From positions 7,059-71,058 of the forward strand of contig CACBBU010000002.1 of assembly GCA_902537615.1 (NCBI GenBank): a DNA stretch of 64,000 nt, written 5' to 3'. The notes below the pieces were generated by a model. It saw only the letters and a list, made by a program, of their open reading frames with translations. It was not told the origin of the DNA and did not search any database. This document shows positions 6,940 through 16,909 of this stretch, piece by piece. The stretch is from an uncultured Alphaproteobacteria bacterium (GTDB lineage: Bacteria > Pseudomonadota > Alphaproteobacteria > Methylaequorales > Methylaequoraceae). The position numbers and the translations under genes are program-made. Within the stretch, counting starts at the first letter, position 1; the number at the start of each line of letters is the position of its first letter.

Positions 6940-7866
6940 CTACCCAGAATACTCAGCAATTAATTTTTTATCCTCAACCATTTCGTTATTTGCAGTAGTT
7001 AGAAGAGTATCACCATAAAATATTGAGTTAGCTCCTGCCAAAAAGCAAAGCATTTGAGTTTCGGGTGACAATTCTTTTCTTCCAGCTGATAACCTTACTC
7101 TTGTTGTAGGCATCACAATTCTGGTAACAGCAATCATTCTGACCATATCAAATGGTTTAATTGGTTTTTTATTCTCTAATGGAGTACCCTCTGTAGGTAC
7201 GAGGGCGTTAATCGGCACACTTTCTGGAAAAGGATCCAGATTTGCCAATACTTCCAACATCTTTGCTCTATCATCCCATGTTTCACCCATTCCTATAATA
7301 CCTCCACAGCAAACACTTATTCCCGCTTTACGGACATTTTTAATTGTATCTAGTCTTTCTTCAAAACTTCTGGTTGAAATTATTTCTTTGTAAAATTCAG
7401 GAGATGTATCAATGTTGTGATTGTATGCATCAAGCCCAGCTTTTTTTAACTCCTTCGCTTGAATCTCTGTAATAGAACCAAGAGTGACACAAGCTTCAAG
7501 CTTAAGAGATTTTACTGTTTTGATCATTTCAATTACCTTATCAAAGTCTTTTCCTTCTGGGAGTCTCTTCCAAGCAGCGCCCATACAAAATCTATCAGCA
7601 CCGTTTTTTTTGGCTAATTTCGCCGCTTCTTTTACTTGTGAAACTTCAATTAATTTTTCTTTTTTCAAATTTACATTGTAATGGGCCGATTGTGGACAAT
7701 ACTTACAATCCTCTGGACAACTCCCAGTTTTAATTGACATTAAAGAGGCAAGTTGAAAGTCAGTTGTCTTGAAATGTTTTTTGTGAGTATTTTGGGCCTT
7801 AAAAATTAAATCATTTAATGGCAAAGAAATAAGTTTTTTAATATCTTCAAAATTAAATTTTGTCAT
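6940..7866 (-). CDS. bioB: biotin synthase
   Basis: Radical-SAM CPEDCKYCPQS motif, with full-length colinear similarity to BioB (IKTGSC..., GETWDDR...). Confidence 0.95.
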   Translation of the reverse strand: MTKFNFEDIKKLISLPLNDLIFKAQNTHKKHFKTTDFQLASLMSIKTGSCPEDCKYCPQSAHYNVNLKKEKLIEVSQVKEAAKLAKKNGADRFCMGAAWKRLPEGKDFDKVIEMIKTVKSLKLEACVTLGSITEIQAKELKKAGLDAYNHNIDTSPEFYKEIISTRSFEERLDTIKNVRKAGISVCCGGIIGMGETWDDRAKMLEVLANLDPFPESVPINALVPTEGTPLENKKPIKPFDMVRMIAVTRIVMPTTRVRLSAGRKELSPETQMLCFLAGANSIFYGDTLLTTANNEMVEDKKLIAEYSG

Positions 7867-8366
7867 CGGTTTTTCTCATAATTAGGCAGGAACATTTCGC
7901 CTGTGCAAAAAAGATACTCTAACCTTACCTTAGAATCAATAGGCCCAATAACTTCGTGTGTTTTCTCATTAATTATGATTTTTCCTCCACTTATTAAAAT
8001 TTCTTGAAAAAACATATTAGTCTTGTCTATATCAGTGGAATTTTCAATTTCAAATTTATTTTTATTGTCATTTTTTTTGTTTAATAATTTTTTGAGATTG
8101 ATATTTGGTGAAATAATATTGGCATCATCAATTTTAAAGTTTTCTGATTTGCTTGAAAAATAAGTTGTAGTAGTTTTGTCTTTTTTCTTTTTTATAGAAA
8201 TTTTTGTATCTGATACTTCTTCTCTTTCTAAAATCTTAAAATTTAATCCACATTCCTTTGGAATATTATTTTCAAGGGTTATTATAGAATTAATTCTTAC
8301 TTGAGAAGCACTTAAATAAGAAAAGTTATGGAGTGTTAAAAATATTATGAAGAGATATTTAGTCAT
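7863..8366 (-). CDS. hypothetical secreted protein, translationally coupled to bioB
   Basis: Signal peptide MTKYLFIIFLTLHNFSYLSA. 167 aa, Lys/Asn-rich. Its stop overlaps the bioB start (ATGA at 7863-7866). Confidence 0.6.
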   Translation of the reverse strand: MTKYLFIIFLTLHNFSYLSASQVRINSIITLENNIPKECGLNFKILEREEVSDTKISIKKKKDKTTTTYFSSKSENFKIDDANIISPNINLKKLLNKKNDNKNKFEIENSTDIDKTNMFFQEILISGGKIIINEKTHEVIGPIDSKVRLEYLFCTGEMFLPNYEKNR

Positions 8367-8378
8367 ATTTAAATCATT

Positions 8379-9770
8379 ATGAGCAAAAATAGAATTTTAA
8401 CAATAGAACAAATTAAAGAATCAGAAAATAAATTTATTTGTAAAAATTCTGAAGAACAACTTTTAGAAATTGCTGGAAGAAAAATTTCTATTTTTTTGTT
8501 GAAAAATTTTAAGGATAAATCTCTGCTTTTTGTATGTGGAAGTGGAAATAATGGACAAGACGGAGTAAAAGCTTCTAAATTTTTAAAGGGGAAAATTAAT
8601 AATAAAGTTATTTTGGTTCCAAAAACATACTCAAAAAAGAAATTAAATTTACTTCAGTCAAGTGTTAAATCCTCTGAAATTATAGTGGATTGCTTATTTG
8701 GTACTGGTCTTAACAGAGAGTTATCAGGATTTCATAAAAAAATTATTGAAATTATAAATAATTCAAAAAGAAAAATAATTTCAGTTGATATACCAAGTGG
8801 TTTGAATTCAGATTCTGGACAGATCCTAGGGGCTTCAGTTTTTGCCTCTGTGACTATATGCATGGGTTTTTACAAACCAGTACACTTTTTAGTTCCATCT
8901 AAAAATTATTGTGGAGAAAAGATTTTGTTGAAACTTCCTTTGAAGATTCCGCAAAAAAAAATACCTAAAGTTCAATTACTAACAAAAGAAAGAATTTTTA
9001 ACTTTCTACCCAAACATAAAAATTGTATCAATAAATATGACAAGGGACATGTAGTCGTAATCGGTGGAGTTATGTCCGGAGCTGCAAGATTAGTTGCATT
9101 TGCTTCAAGAAAGGTTGGTGCTGGACTTTCAACAATCTTGGTCACACCAAGTAATTTAAAATATTACGCTAAATGCGAGCCTGGAACCATTGTTGCTGAA
9201 TATTCGGATAAACAACTGCTTAGGAAGGATGTATTAGTAGTTGGTCCTGGATTGGGAAAAAATTATGATAAAAATTTTATTAAAAAAATAATTTTAAATT
9301 TTGACGGAAAGATAATTTTAGATGCAGATGCAATAAGTATTTTTGAGAATCATAAGAGTGAATTTTATAAATTTATTAAAAAAAAGAAATCATTGGTTAT
9401 AACTCCACATAAAGGTGAATTTCAAAAAGTATTTGAAATTTCTGAAAATAAAATAATTGATTGTTTTAATGCTTCTAAATTAATTTCAAACATAGTTCTT
9501 TATAAAGGTAATGATACGGTTATTTCTTATCCTAACGGAAATGTTTGGGTCAACTCAGATGCTTCAAACTCTCTTGCAACTGCTGGTTCAGGAGATCTCC
9601 TATGTGGGTTAATTTCAGGTTTAGTTGCTCAAAAAATGAAACTTAATCATTCTGTTTTAGCAGCAGTTTGTATACAGAATGATTTGTCAAATAGAAAAAA
9701 TAATGTGGTTGTGGAAGATTTTTTAGAGGATATTCAGTCAGTAATGAGTACTATTAAAAATAATAATTGA
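8379..9770 (+). CDS. nnr: bifunctional NAD(P)H-hydrate repair enzyme (epimerase / ADP-dependent dehydratase)
   Basis: YjeF_N motif GSGNNGQDG and C-terminal carbohydrate-kinase motifs GPGLG and AGSGDLLCGLISGL. 463 aa. Confidence 0.9.
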   Translation: MSKNRILTIEQIKESENKFICKNSEEQLLEIAGRKISIFLLKNFKDKSLLFVCGSGNNGQDGVKASKFLKGKINNKVILVPKTYSKKKLNLLQSSVKSSEIIVDCLFGTGLNRELSGFHKKIIEIINNSKRKIISVDIPSGLNSDSGQILGASVFASVTICMGFYKPVHFLVPSKNYCGEKILLKLPLKIPQKKIPKVQLLTKERIFNFLPKHKNCINKYDKGHVVVIGGVMSGAARLVAFASRKVGAGLSTILVTPSNLKYYAKCEPGTIVAEYSDKQLLRKDVLVVGPGLGKNYDKNFIKKIILNFDGKIILDADAISIFENHKSEFYKFIKKKKSLVITPHKGEFQKVFEISENKIIDCFNASKLISNIVLYKGNDTVISYPNGNVWVNSDASNSLATAGSGDLLCGLISGLVAQKMKLNHSVLAAVCIQNDLSNRKNNVVVEDFLEDIQSVMSTIKNNN

Positions 9771-9807
9771 TTTAAAGATAATAATGTTGTTTTTTATATT
9801 TTATTTA

Positions 9808-9892
9808 GCGGGCGTGGCGGAATTGGTAGACGCGCTAGATTTAGGTTCTAGTGACTTTTGTCGTGTGGGTTCAAGTCCCTCCGCCCGTACCA
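9808..9892 (+). tRNA. tRNA-Leu (anticodon TAG), type II with long variable arm, CCA encoded
   Basis: Acceptor is GCGGGCG/CGCCCGT (G1-U72). Anticodon arm is CTAGA-TTTAGGT-TCTAG, with variable arm GAC-TTTT-GTC and T-loop TTCAAGT. One U-U mismatch in the T-stem. Confidence 0.9.
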
Positions 9893-9913
9893 TTTGAATA
9901 AGTGTTTTGAACT

Positions 9914-11236
9914 ATGGCAAAGATTGAAGAAATTAAAAATAAAGGTTTAGATATTGAATGGAACATGACTATTCCAGCCAATGAAATAAACGTAATTTTA
10001 GAAAAAAAATATAAAGAATTATCTCAAAATATAAAAATTCCTGGCTTTAGACCAGGTAAAGTTCCCATTACTATAATTAAAAAACGATATTCTAAATCAA
10101 TTATGTCTGAAATTTTGGATCAATTAATCAACGATAACTTAAGAGAGGTTTTACTTGAAAAAAAAATAAGACCATCTGTTCAACCAAGTGTAAATGTGAA
10201 AAGTTATGAGGAGGGAAAAGACTTGGCCTTAAATGTGATTTTACAAAAGATGCCTGATGTTCAAAAAATTAATTTAGATGAGATTAAAATTGAAAAGTCT
10301 GCTCTTCAAGTTAGTGATTCCGATATTAAAAATACATTGGAAGATATTGCAAAAAAACATGAGAGATTTTCCCCATTAAAAAACAAAAGATCAGCAAAAA
10401 AAGGTGATCTTATCTTATTTGATTATGAGGGTAAGATTAACGGAAAAGCATTTGAAAAAAATATAGGAAAAGATGAGACTGTTGTTCTGGGTTCTAACAA
10501 ATATATCCCAGGTTACGAGGAACAAATGGTTGGGTTAAATATAAGCGAGGAGAAAATTATAAGTGTGACCTTTCCTTCAGATTATAGAGAGACGAGTATT
10601 GCTGGAAAAAAAGCAAACTTTCATTTGAAAATTAAAGATATTCAAGAGAGAGTAAAAAAAGTACCAATTGATGACCAACTTGCCAAAGAGCTTGGAGAAG
10701 ATAATCTTGATGTTCTCAAAAAGAAAGTAAGTGAAAAAATACAAAATGATTTTAAAACTTTATCTAATCTTAAAATGAGAAGAGAAGTAACAGAAATTTT
10801 AATAAAAAAAAATGATTTTGAATTACCTTCTAAGATGCTAGAGCAAGAAGTTAATTTTTTAAAATCTCAATCACAAGATAAAAAGAATGAAAAAGAAATT
10901 TCTGATATTGCAAAAAGAAGAGTTAAATTAGGAATAATCATAAGTTCAATTTCAGATGACAATAAAATTAATGTTGAAGATTCTGATTTAACTAAAGCTG
11001 TTGTTGAAGAAGCACAGAAATATCCAGGAAGAGAAAAAGAGGTTGTAGAGTTTTATAAAAATAACTCTCAAATGATGAATAATCTTAGAGGAATTGCATT
11101 AGAAGAAAAAGTCATGAATTTTGTTGTAAATAGTTGTAAAAAAATAGAAAAAAAGTGTACGATGGATCAGTTATTTGATTCAGAATTTTTAAAAACAGAA
11201 AAATCCATGATTAAAAAGAAGGAGAAAGACAAATGA
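9914..11236 (+). CDS. tig: trigger factor
   Basis: GFRPGKVP motif, an FKBP-type PPIase middle domain, and its position upstream of clpP-clpX. Confidence 0.92.
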   Translation: MAKIEEIKNKGLDIEWNMTIPANEINVILEKKYKELSQNIKIPGFRPGKVPITIIKKRYSKSIMSEILDQLINDNLREVLLEKKIRPSVQPSVNVKSYEEGKDLALNVILQKMPDVQKINLDEIKIEKSALQVSDSDIKNTLEDIAKKHERFSPLKNKRSAKKGDLILFDYEGKINGKAFEKNIGKDETVVLGSNKYIPGYEEQMVGLNISEEKIISVTFPSDYRETSIAGKKANFHLKIKDIQERVKKVPIDDQLAKELGEDNLDVLKKKVSEKIQNDFKTLSNLKMRREVTEILIKKNDFELPSKMLEQEVNFLKSQSQDKKNEKEISDIAKRRVKLGIIISSISDDNKINVEDSDLTKAVVEEAQKYPGREKEVVEFYKNNSQMMNNLRGIALEEKVMNFVVNSCKKIEKKCTMDQLFDSEFLKTEKSMIKKKEKDK

Positions 11237-11847
11237 GTTCCTTGATACCAGTAGTTGTTGAACAAACTAACAGAGGAGAAAGATCCTATGATATTTTTTC
11301 AAGGTTGCTTAAAGAGAGAATTATTTTTCTAACTGGAGAAGTTAATGACGCTGTTTCAAGTGTTATTTGTGCACAATTTCTATTTTTAGAATCAGAGGAC
11401 CCAAAAAAAGATATTTTTTTATATATTAACTCCCCGGGCGGAGTCGTTTCATCAGGACTTGCGATTTATGATACAATTCAATACATCAGGCCAGATGTAT
11501 CTACAGTGTGTATAGGTCAGGCTGCAAGTATGGGTTCTTTACTTCTTGCATCAGGAACAAAAGGTAAAAGATATTGTCTACCGCATTCGCGTATTATGAC
11601 ACATCAACCATCAGGAGGTGTTCAGGGTCAAGCCACAGATATTGAAATTCATGCGAAAGAAATAATTAACTTAAAAAAAAAATTAAACCTAATTTATGAA
11701 AAACATACTGGACAGTCTTTGAGCATTATTGAAAAGATGATGGAAAGAGACTATTTTATGAGTGCAGATGAGGCAAAAAAAACAGGTATAGTTGACAAAG
11801 TTGTATCCGAAAGACCTGATTTTGAGAAAAATATTAAAAAAAAATAA
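11233..11847 (+). CDS. clpP: ATP-dependent Clp protease proteolytic subunit
   Basis: [24 protein letters not shown], and the Ser (QAASMGS)/His (THQP) catalytic context. ATGA overlap with tig. Confidence 0.97.
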   Translation: MSSLIPVVVEQTNRGERSYDIFSRLLKERIIFLTGEVNDAVSSVICAQFLFLESEDPKKDIFLYINSPGGVVSSGLAIYDTIQYIRPDVSTVCIGQAASMGSLLLASGTKGKRYCLPHSRIMTHQPSGGVQGQATDIEIHAKEIINLKKKLNLIYEKHTGQSLSIIEKMMERDYFMSADEAKKTGIVDKVVSERPDFEKNIKKK

Positions 11848-11907
11848 TTTTTTGGTTTGGAATAAAGGTTGCAGTAGATAGAATAAATATTATTTTTTAA
11901 ATTTCAT

Positions 11908-13170
11908 ATGGTCGATTCTAAAAATAACAACAAAAGTACACTATTTTGCAGCTTCTGCGGAAAAAGTCAGCATGAAGTCAGAAAGCTAATTGCTGGCCCT
12001 ACAGTCTTTATCTGTGATGAATGCGTAGAACTCTGCATGGACATAATTAAAGAAGAAAATAAAGTTATTGGCTCACCAAAGACATCAAATGTTGAGACAC
12101 CTAAAGAACTATATAGATTACTCAATGATTATGTAATTGGGCAAGATGATGCAAAAAAAATATTGTCAGTCGCTGTTCATAATCATTATAAAAGAATTGA
12201 TCATCTCTCTGGTAATAGTGATGTTGAGTTATCAAAGTCTAATGTTCTTTTAGTTGGACCGACAGGTTCAGGAAAAACTTTGATTGCTGAGACTTTAGCA
12301 AGAATTATTGATGTTCCATTTACAATGGCGGATGCTACTACCTTGACTGAGGCTGGCTACGTTGGTGAAGATGTAGAGAATATAATTTTAAAATTATTAC
12401 AAGCTGCTGACTACAATGTTGAAAGAGCACAAAGGGGTATTGTTTATATAGACGAAGTTGATAAAATTAGTAGGAAATCTGATAACCCATCAATTACAAG
12501 AGATGTTTCTGGGGAAGGTGTTCAACAAGCATTACTGAAAATTATGGAAGGCACTGTTGCATCTGTGCCTCCTCAAGGTGGAAGAAAACACCCTCAACAA
12601 GACTTTTTGCAAATTGACACAACCAATATTTTATTCATTTGCGGTGGTGCTTTTGCTGGGATAGATAAAATTATTTCTACTAGAGGAGATAAATCAAGCA
12701 TTGGCTTTGAGGCAGAAGTAAAAGATAAATCATCAAAGAACATTGGAGACATTCTGAAAAATATTGAAACAGAGGATTTACTTAAGTTTGGACTTATTCC
12801 AGAATTTGTTGGAAGATTACCTGTTGTTGCTACACTTGAGGACTTAAATAAAGACGCTTTAATTGAAATCCTAACTAAACCAAAAAATGCACTGGTTAAG
12901 CAATATCAGAAATTATTTGGTTTTGAAAATGTTAAACTTCAATTTACTGAAGATGCCCTTAATTCTGTTGCCTCAAAGGCTCTTGAAAAAAATACGGGAG
13001 CGAGAGGCTTGAGAACAATCCTTGAAAGTATTCTCTTAGATACTATGTTCACACTGCCTGGTATTGAAGGAGTTGATGAAATAGTTGTTAACGCAGATGT
13101 GGTTGAAAAAAGTAAAGATCCTCTCTATATATATAATAAGTCAAATAAAGTTTATAACAAAAAAGCTTAA
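11908..13170 (+). CDS. clpX: ATP-dependent Clp protease ATP-binding subunit ClpX
   Basis: Zinc-finger CSFCGK...CDEC and Walker A GPTGSGKT, with full-length ClpX colinearity. Confidence 0.97.
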   Translation: MVDSKNNNKSTLFCSFCGKSQHEVRKLIAGPTVFICDECVELCMDIIKEENKVIGSPKTSNVETPKELYRLLNDYVIGQDDAKKILSVAVHNHYKRIDHLSGNSDVELSKSNVLLVGPTGSGKTLIAETLARIIDVPFTMADATTLTEAGYVGEDVENIILKLLQAADYNVERAQRGIVYIDEVDKISRKSDNPSITRDVSGEGVQQALLKIMEGTVASVPPQGGRKHPQQDFLQIDTTNILFICGGAFAGIDKIISTRGDKSSIGFEAEVKDKSSKNIGDILKNIETEDLLKFGLIPEFVGRLPVVATLEDLNKDALIEILTKPKNALVKQYQKLFGFENVKLQFTEDALNSVASKALEKNTGARGLRTILESILLDTMFTLPGIEGVDEIVVNADVVEKSKDPLYIYNKSNKVYNKKA

Positions 13171-13173
13171 TTT

Positions 13174-15576
13174 ATGTCAGATTACAAAGATCCATTTTGT
13201 ATCCTACCTTTAAGGGATATAGTCGTTTTTCCTAATATGATAGTACCTCTATTTGTAGGAAGAACCAAATCCATAAAGGCATTAGAATATGCTGAAAAAA
13301 ATGATAAAGAAATCTTTCTAGTTGCTCAAAAAGACGCGAATGTTGATGAACCTGGACAAGATGATATATATAATTTTGGAACAATAGCTAACATACTTCA
13401 ATTATTAAAATTGCCTGATGGAACAGTTAAAGTATTGGTTGAAGGACTAGAACGGGCGAAAGTTTCACACTATCTAGATAATCCTGACTTTTTTGAGGCC
13501 TATCTTGATAAGCTTGAGGTTCCGAGTCATGAGAATGACAAAGAAGCTAATGCTCTGTCTAGAACAGCAACAAGCCAATTTGAAAATTACGTTAAATTAA
13601 ATAGAAAAGTTCCGCCGGAAATTCTTGTAAGTTTGAATCAAATCTCAGATCTGAATAAATTAGCAGATACAATGAGCGCACACTTAGGCATTAGGTTGTC
13701 AGATAAACAAGATCTACTAGAATGTTTATCTGTAAAAAAAAGATTGTCTAAAGTTATAGAATTCATGGACAACGAAATTGGAGTTCTTCAAGTTGAAAAG
13801 AAAATAAGAAGTAGAGTGAAACGTCAGATGGACAAAACTCAAAAAGAATACTACTTAAATGAGCAAATTAAAGCTATTCAAAAAGAGCTTGGTGAAACCT
13901 CGGATCCTAAAGATGAGATTTTTGAAATTGAGCAAAAACTTAAGAAAATAAATCTGTCTGATGAGGCTCAAGATAAGGTTAAAGCCGAAATTAAAAAATT
14001 AAAACACATGGGCCCAATGTCTGCTGAAGCAACAGTTGTTCGAAACTATTTAGACTGGATAATTTCAATTCCGTGGAATAATAACTCAGAGACAAATATT
14101 AATCTTAATAAAGCTTCAAAAGTCCTAGATGAAGATCATTTTGGTCTCTCCAAGGTCAAAGATAGAATTATTGAGTATCTAGCTGTTCAGACTAGGGTTA
14201 AAAAACCGAAAGGACCAATACTGTGTCTTGTTGGACCTCCCGGTGTTGGAAAAACATCTCTCGGAAAATCTATAGCAAAAGCGTTAGACAGACCCTTTAT
14301 TAAATTTTCCCTTGGTGGCATAAGAGATGAATCAGAAATAAGGGGTCATAGAAGAACTTACATTGGATCAATGCCAGGTAAAATTATTCAATCTTTAAAA
14401 AAATCAAAATACTCTAACCCACTTTTCTTATTAGATGAGGTTGATAAGATTGGTTCAGATTGGAGAGGCGATCCTGCTTCCGCCCTTCTTGAAGTGCTTG
14501 ACCCAGAACAAAATAAAAATTTCAATGACCACTATCTTGAGGTAGACTATGATCTCTCAAATGTAATGTTTATTACAACTGCTAATACATTGAATATTCC
14601 ACAACCTCTCATTGACAGAATGGAAGTCATTCGAATCTCTGGATATACTGAAAATGAGAAATTGAATATTGCAGAAAAATATTTACTTCCAAAACAAATT
14701 AAAGAAAACGGACTCAAAAACAGCGAGGTTAAAATAGTTAAATCCGCTATTGAATCAATCATCAGGTATTATACAAGGGAATCTGGTGTGAGAAATCTTG
14801 AGAGGGAAATTTCAAAGTTACTTCGGAAAGCATTAAAGCTAATAATTACAAAAAATAGAAAAAGATCTTCAATCTCTGCAAGAAATATTGAAAACTACCT
14901 TGGGGTAAAAAGGTTTAAATTTGGAGAAATTGAATCAAAGCCTTTAATAGGAGTTTGTACTGGTTTGGCATGGACAGAAGTTGGAGGCGAACTTCTTCAA
15001 GTTGAAGCAGTCAAAATGCCTGGAAAGGGCAAAGCATACTATACTGGAAAACTTGGTGACGTAATGAAAGAATCTGTTCAAGCCGCACAAAGTTTTGTTC
15101 ATTCTAACGCAAAGAAATATGGAATTTCTCCAGTTCTTTTTGAAAAAAACGATATTCACGTTCACGTTCCTGAAGGAGCAACACCTAAGGATGGCCCCTC
15201 TGCTGGTATCGCAATGTTCACGGCTATAGTTTCTGCTTTTACAGGTGTTCCGATAAAAAATAATATTGCCATGACTGGTGAAATTACACTGAGAGGTAGA
15301 GTTTTGCCTATTGGTGGTCTGAAAGAGAAACTTCTTGCTGCAGTTAGAGGTGGTATTAAAGAAGTACTAATTCCTATTGAAAATAAAAAAGACCTATCTG
15401 AAATTGAAGAAAAGGAAATATTGGATAATATTGAAATTCATTTTGTTGAAAACGCAAATGAAATAGTAAAAAAAGCATTTATTTCTAAAATTTATCCCTA
15501 CAAAGAAAATGACAAGAAAAATATAGATATACCAAGTAAAACCATTACTAGGGACAAATCTCCTCTTCCTCATTAA
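13174..15576 (+). CDS. lon: Lon protease (LonA)
   Basis: LON N-domain, Walker A GPPGVGKTS and the protease motif PKDGPSAG. 800 aa. Confidence 0.97.
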   Translation: MSDYKDPFCILPLRDIVVFPNMIVPLFVGRTKSIKALEYAEKNDKEIFLVAQKDANVDEPGQDDIYNFGTIANILQLLKLPDGTVKVLVEGLERAKVSHYLDNPDFFEAYLDKLEVPSHENDKEANALSRTATSQFENYVKLNRKVPPEILVSLNQISDLNKLADTMSAHLGIRLSDKQDLLECLSVKKRLSKVIEFMDNEIGVLQVEKKIRSRVKRQMDKTQKEYYLNEQIKAIQKELGETSDPKDEIFEIEQKLKKINLSDEAQDKVKAEIKKLKHMGPMSAEATVVRNYLDWIISIPWNNNSETNINLNKASKVLDEDHFGLSKVKDRIIEYLAVQTRVKKPKGPILCLVGPPGVGKTSLGKSIAKALDRPFIKFSLGGIRDESEIRGHRRTYIGSMPGKIIQSLKKSKYSNPLFLLDEVDKIGSDWRGDPASALLEVLDPEQNKNFNDHYLEVDYDLSNVMFITTANTLNIPQPLIDRMEVIRISGYTENEKLNIAEKYLLPKQIKENGLKNSEVKIVKSAIESIIRYYTRESGVRNLEREISKLLRKALKLIITKNRKRSSISARNIENYLGVKRFKFGEIESKPLIGVCTGLAWTEVGGELLQVEAVKMPGKGKAYYTGKLGDVMKESVQAAQSFVHSNAKKYGISPVLFEKNDIHVHVPEGATPKDGPSAGIAMFTAIVSAFTGVPIKNNIAMTGEITLRGRVLPIGGLKEKLLAAVRGGIKEVLIPIENKKDLSEIEEKEILDNIEIHFVENANEIVKKAFISKIYPYKENDKKNIDIPSKTITRDKSPLPH

Positions 15577-15583
15577 AATATAA

Positions 15584-15612
15584 TTGACTAGGTTATAAAT
15601 TCCTAATATTAT
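15584..15612 (+). promoter_or_regulatory. putative sigma70-type promoter for hup (TTGACT-17 nt-TATTAT)
   Basis: -35 TTGACT at 15584-15589, a 17-nt spacer and -10 TATTAT at 15607-15612, about 40 nt upstream of the GTG start. A strong SD AAGGGGG follows. Confidence 0.45.
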
Positions 15613-15652
15613 GGGAAATTATTAATATTCCGTTATTTCAAAGGGGGTTAGG

Positions 15653-15925
15653 GTGAATAAAAACGATTTAGTTAATCAAGTTTCAGATAGTACAGGTTTA
15701 AGTAAGTCAGACAGCGCAAAAGCTGTAGATTCTGTTTTTGAGTCAATTACATCAACATTAAAAAGTGGCGGCGATGTTCGTTTAGTGGGCTTCGGTACTT
15801 TTTTAGTTTCAAAGCGTAAAGCAACAACTGGAAGAAATCCTCAAACAGGTGAATCCATAAATATTCCAGCAGCGAATGTTCCAAAATTCCGAGCAGGAAA
15901 GGCGCTTAAGGAATCCCTGAATTAA
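15653..15925 (+). CDS. hup: DNA-binding protein HU
   Basis: 90 aa. MNKNDLV...GFGTF...RNPQTGE...P.F..GK is the canonical HU/IHF fold signature. GTG start with a strong SD. Confidence 0.95.
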   Translation: MNKNDLVNQVSDSTGLSKSDSAKAVDSVFESITSTLKSGGDVRLVGFGTFLVSKRKATTGRNPQTGESINIPAANVPKFRAGKALKESLN

Positions 15926-15941
15926 CTTAAGTCTATTTTTT

Positions 15942-16598
15942 CTATTTATGCAAATCATGAATTTTCTTTAACAAGTCTACCATCCCCTTCTCATTTATTC
16001 TTTTAGTATTTACATTTCTCGGGCTGGGGTGGTAGCAAGCTACTATTCTTTGATTAGTTTCAGTTATATATTCCTCACCATGAATAAACTTTGCTTCGGC
16101 TTTGTTAATTTGAAAAAATTTAATGCAAGCATCAAATGCAATTTTGCCGAGTGTTAATATTGTTTTAATATTCTGCAAATAATGGAGTTCTTTTTTTAAA
16201 AAATTAAAGCAGCTTTTTAGTTCATCTGAATTTGGTTTGTCAAATGGGGGTACGCATTTTAGTGCAGCTGTAATATATATATTTTTTAATTTTAAACCGT
16301 CTCTTATGTGTATTGAAGATGGTTGGTTTGCTAAGTTAGAATTAAATAAACATTTAAATAAAAACTCTGCAGATCTATCCCCTGTGAATAACCTTCCCGT
16401 TCTGTTGCCACCATGAGCTGCAGGTGCTAGACCCATAATTAAAATTTCTGCGTTTTCATCTCCAAAACCAGGTACCGGTTTACCCCAATAAACTTCATTT
16501 TTAAATTGTTTTCTTTTTTCTAAAGCTATTTTTTCTCTAAATTGAACTAACCTAGGACATTTTTTACAATTCGTTATTTTTTTATTTAATTCTTCCAT
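15942..16598 (-). CDS. uracil-DNA glycosylase, family 5 (UdgB-like) / family 4 superfamily
   Basis: N-terminal CKKCPRL and motif GLAPAAHGGNRTGRLFTGD, with C-terminal HPSPRN. Confidence 0.85.
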   Translation of the reverse strand: MEELNKKITNCKKCPRLVQFREKIALEKRKQFKNEVYWGKPVPGFGDENAEILIMGLAPAAHGGNRTGRLFTGDRSAEFLFKCLFNSNLANQPSSIHIRDGLKLKNIYITAALKCVPPFDKPNSDELKSCFNFLKKELHYLQNIKTILTLGKIAFDACIKFFQINKAEAKFIHGEEYITETNQRIVACYHPSPRNVNTKRINEKGMVDLLKKIHDLHK

Positions 16599-16704
16599 TT
16601 TAATTAGTCAGTATATTAAGATAAAATATCAAATTTTACATATATAAATAAATAGTTTTAAATAATTAGAAAATGTCATATAAAAATATTACCTGATTTT
16701 TTCA

Positions 16705-16780
16705 GGGCGGTTAGCTCAGCTGGGAGAGCGCCACGTTTACACCGTGGATGTCGGGAGTTCGATCCTCTCACCGCCCACCA
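16705..16780 (+). tRNA. tRNA-Val (anticodon TAC), CCA encoded
   Basis: Acceptor GGGCGGT/ACCGCCC, D-arm GCTC-AGCTGGGA-GAGC, anticodon arm CCACG-TTTACAC-CGTGG, and T-loop TTCGATC. Confidence 0.93.
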
Positions 16781-16783
16781 TTC

Positions 16784-16860
16784 GGGGGTGTAGTTCAGTT
16801 GGCTAGAACGCCTGCCTGTCACGCAGGAGGCCGCGGGTTCGAGTCCCGTCACTCCCGCCA
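16784..16860 (+). tRNA. tRNA-Asp (anticodon GTC), CCA encoded
   Basis: Acceptor GGGGGTG/CACTCCC, anticodon arm CCTGC-CTGTCAC-GCAGG, T-loop TTCGAGT and discriminator G. It starts 3 nt after tRNA-Val. Confidence 0.93.
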
Positions 16861-16909
16861 AAAAATTTAGGTCTATAAAATTAAATAAATGATATTATAC
16901 TTTATATAA

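Noticed and set aside
9771-9913. tRNA-Leu (and the tRNA-Val/Asp pair at 16705-16860) as integration hotspots for islands
   Set aside because: There is no integrase, no direct repeat of a tRNA 3' end, and no foreign-looking genes nearby. Both flanks are core genes (nnr/tig; UDG and the nuo region).
16676-16861. 61-aa ORF on the minus strand
   Set aside because: It is entirely antisense to the tRNA-Val and tRNA-Asp genes. The GC-rich tRNA sequence keeps the frame open by chance.
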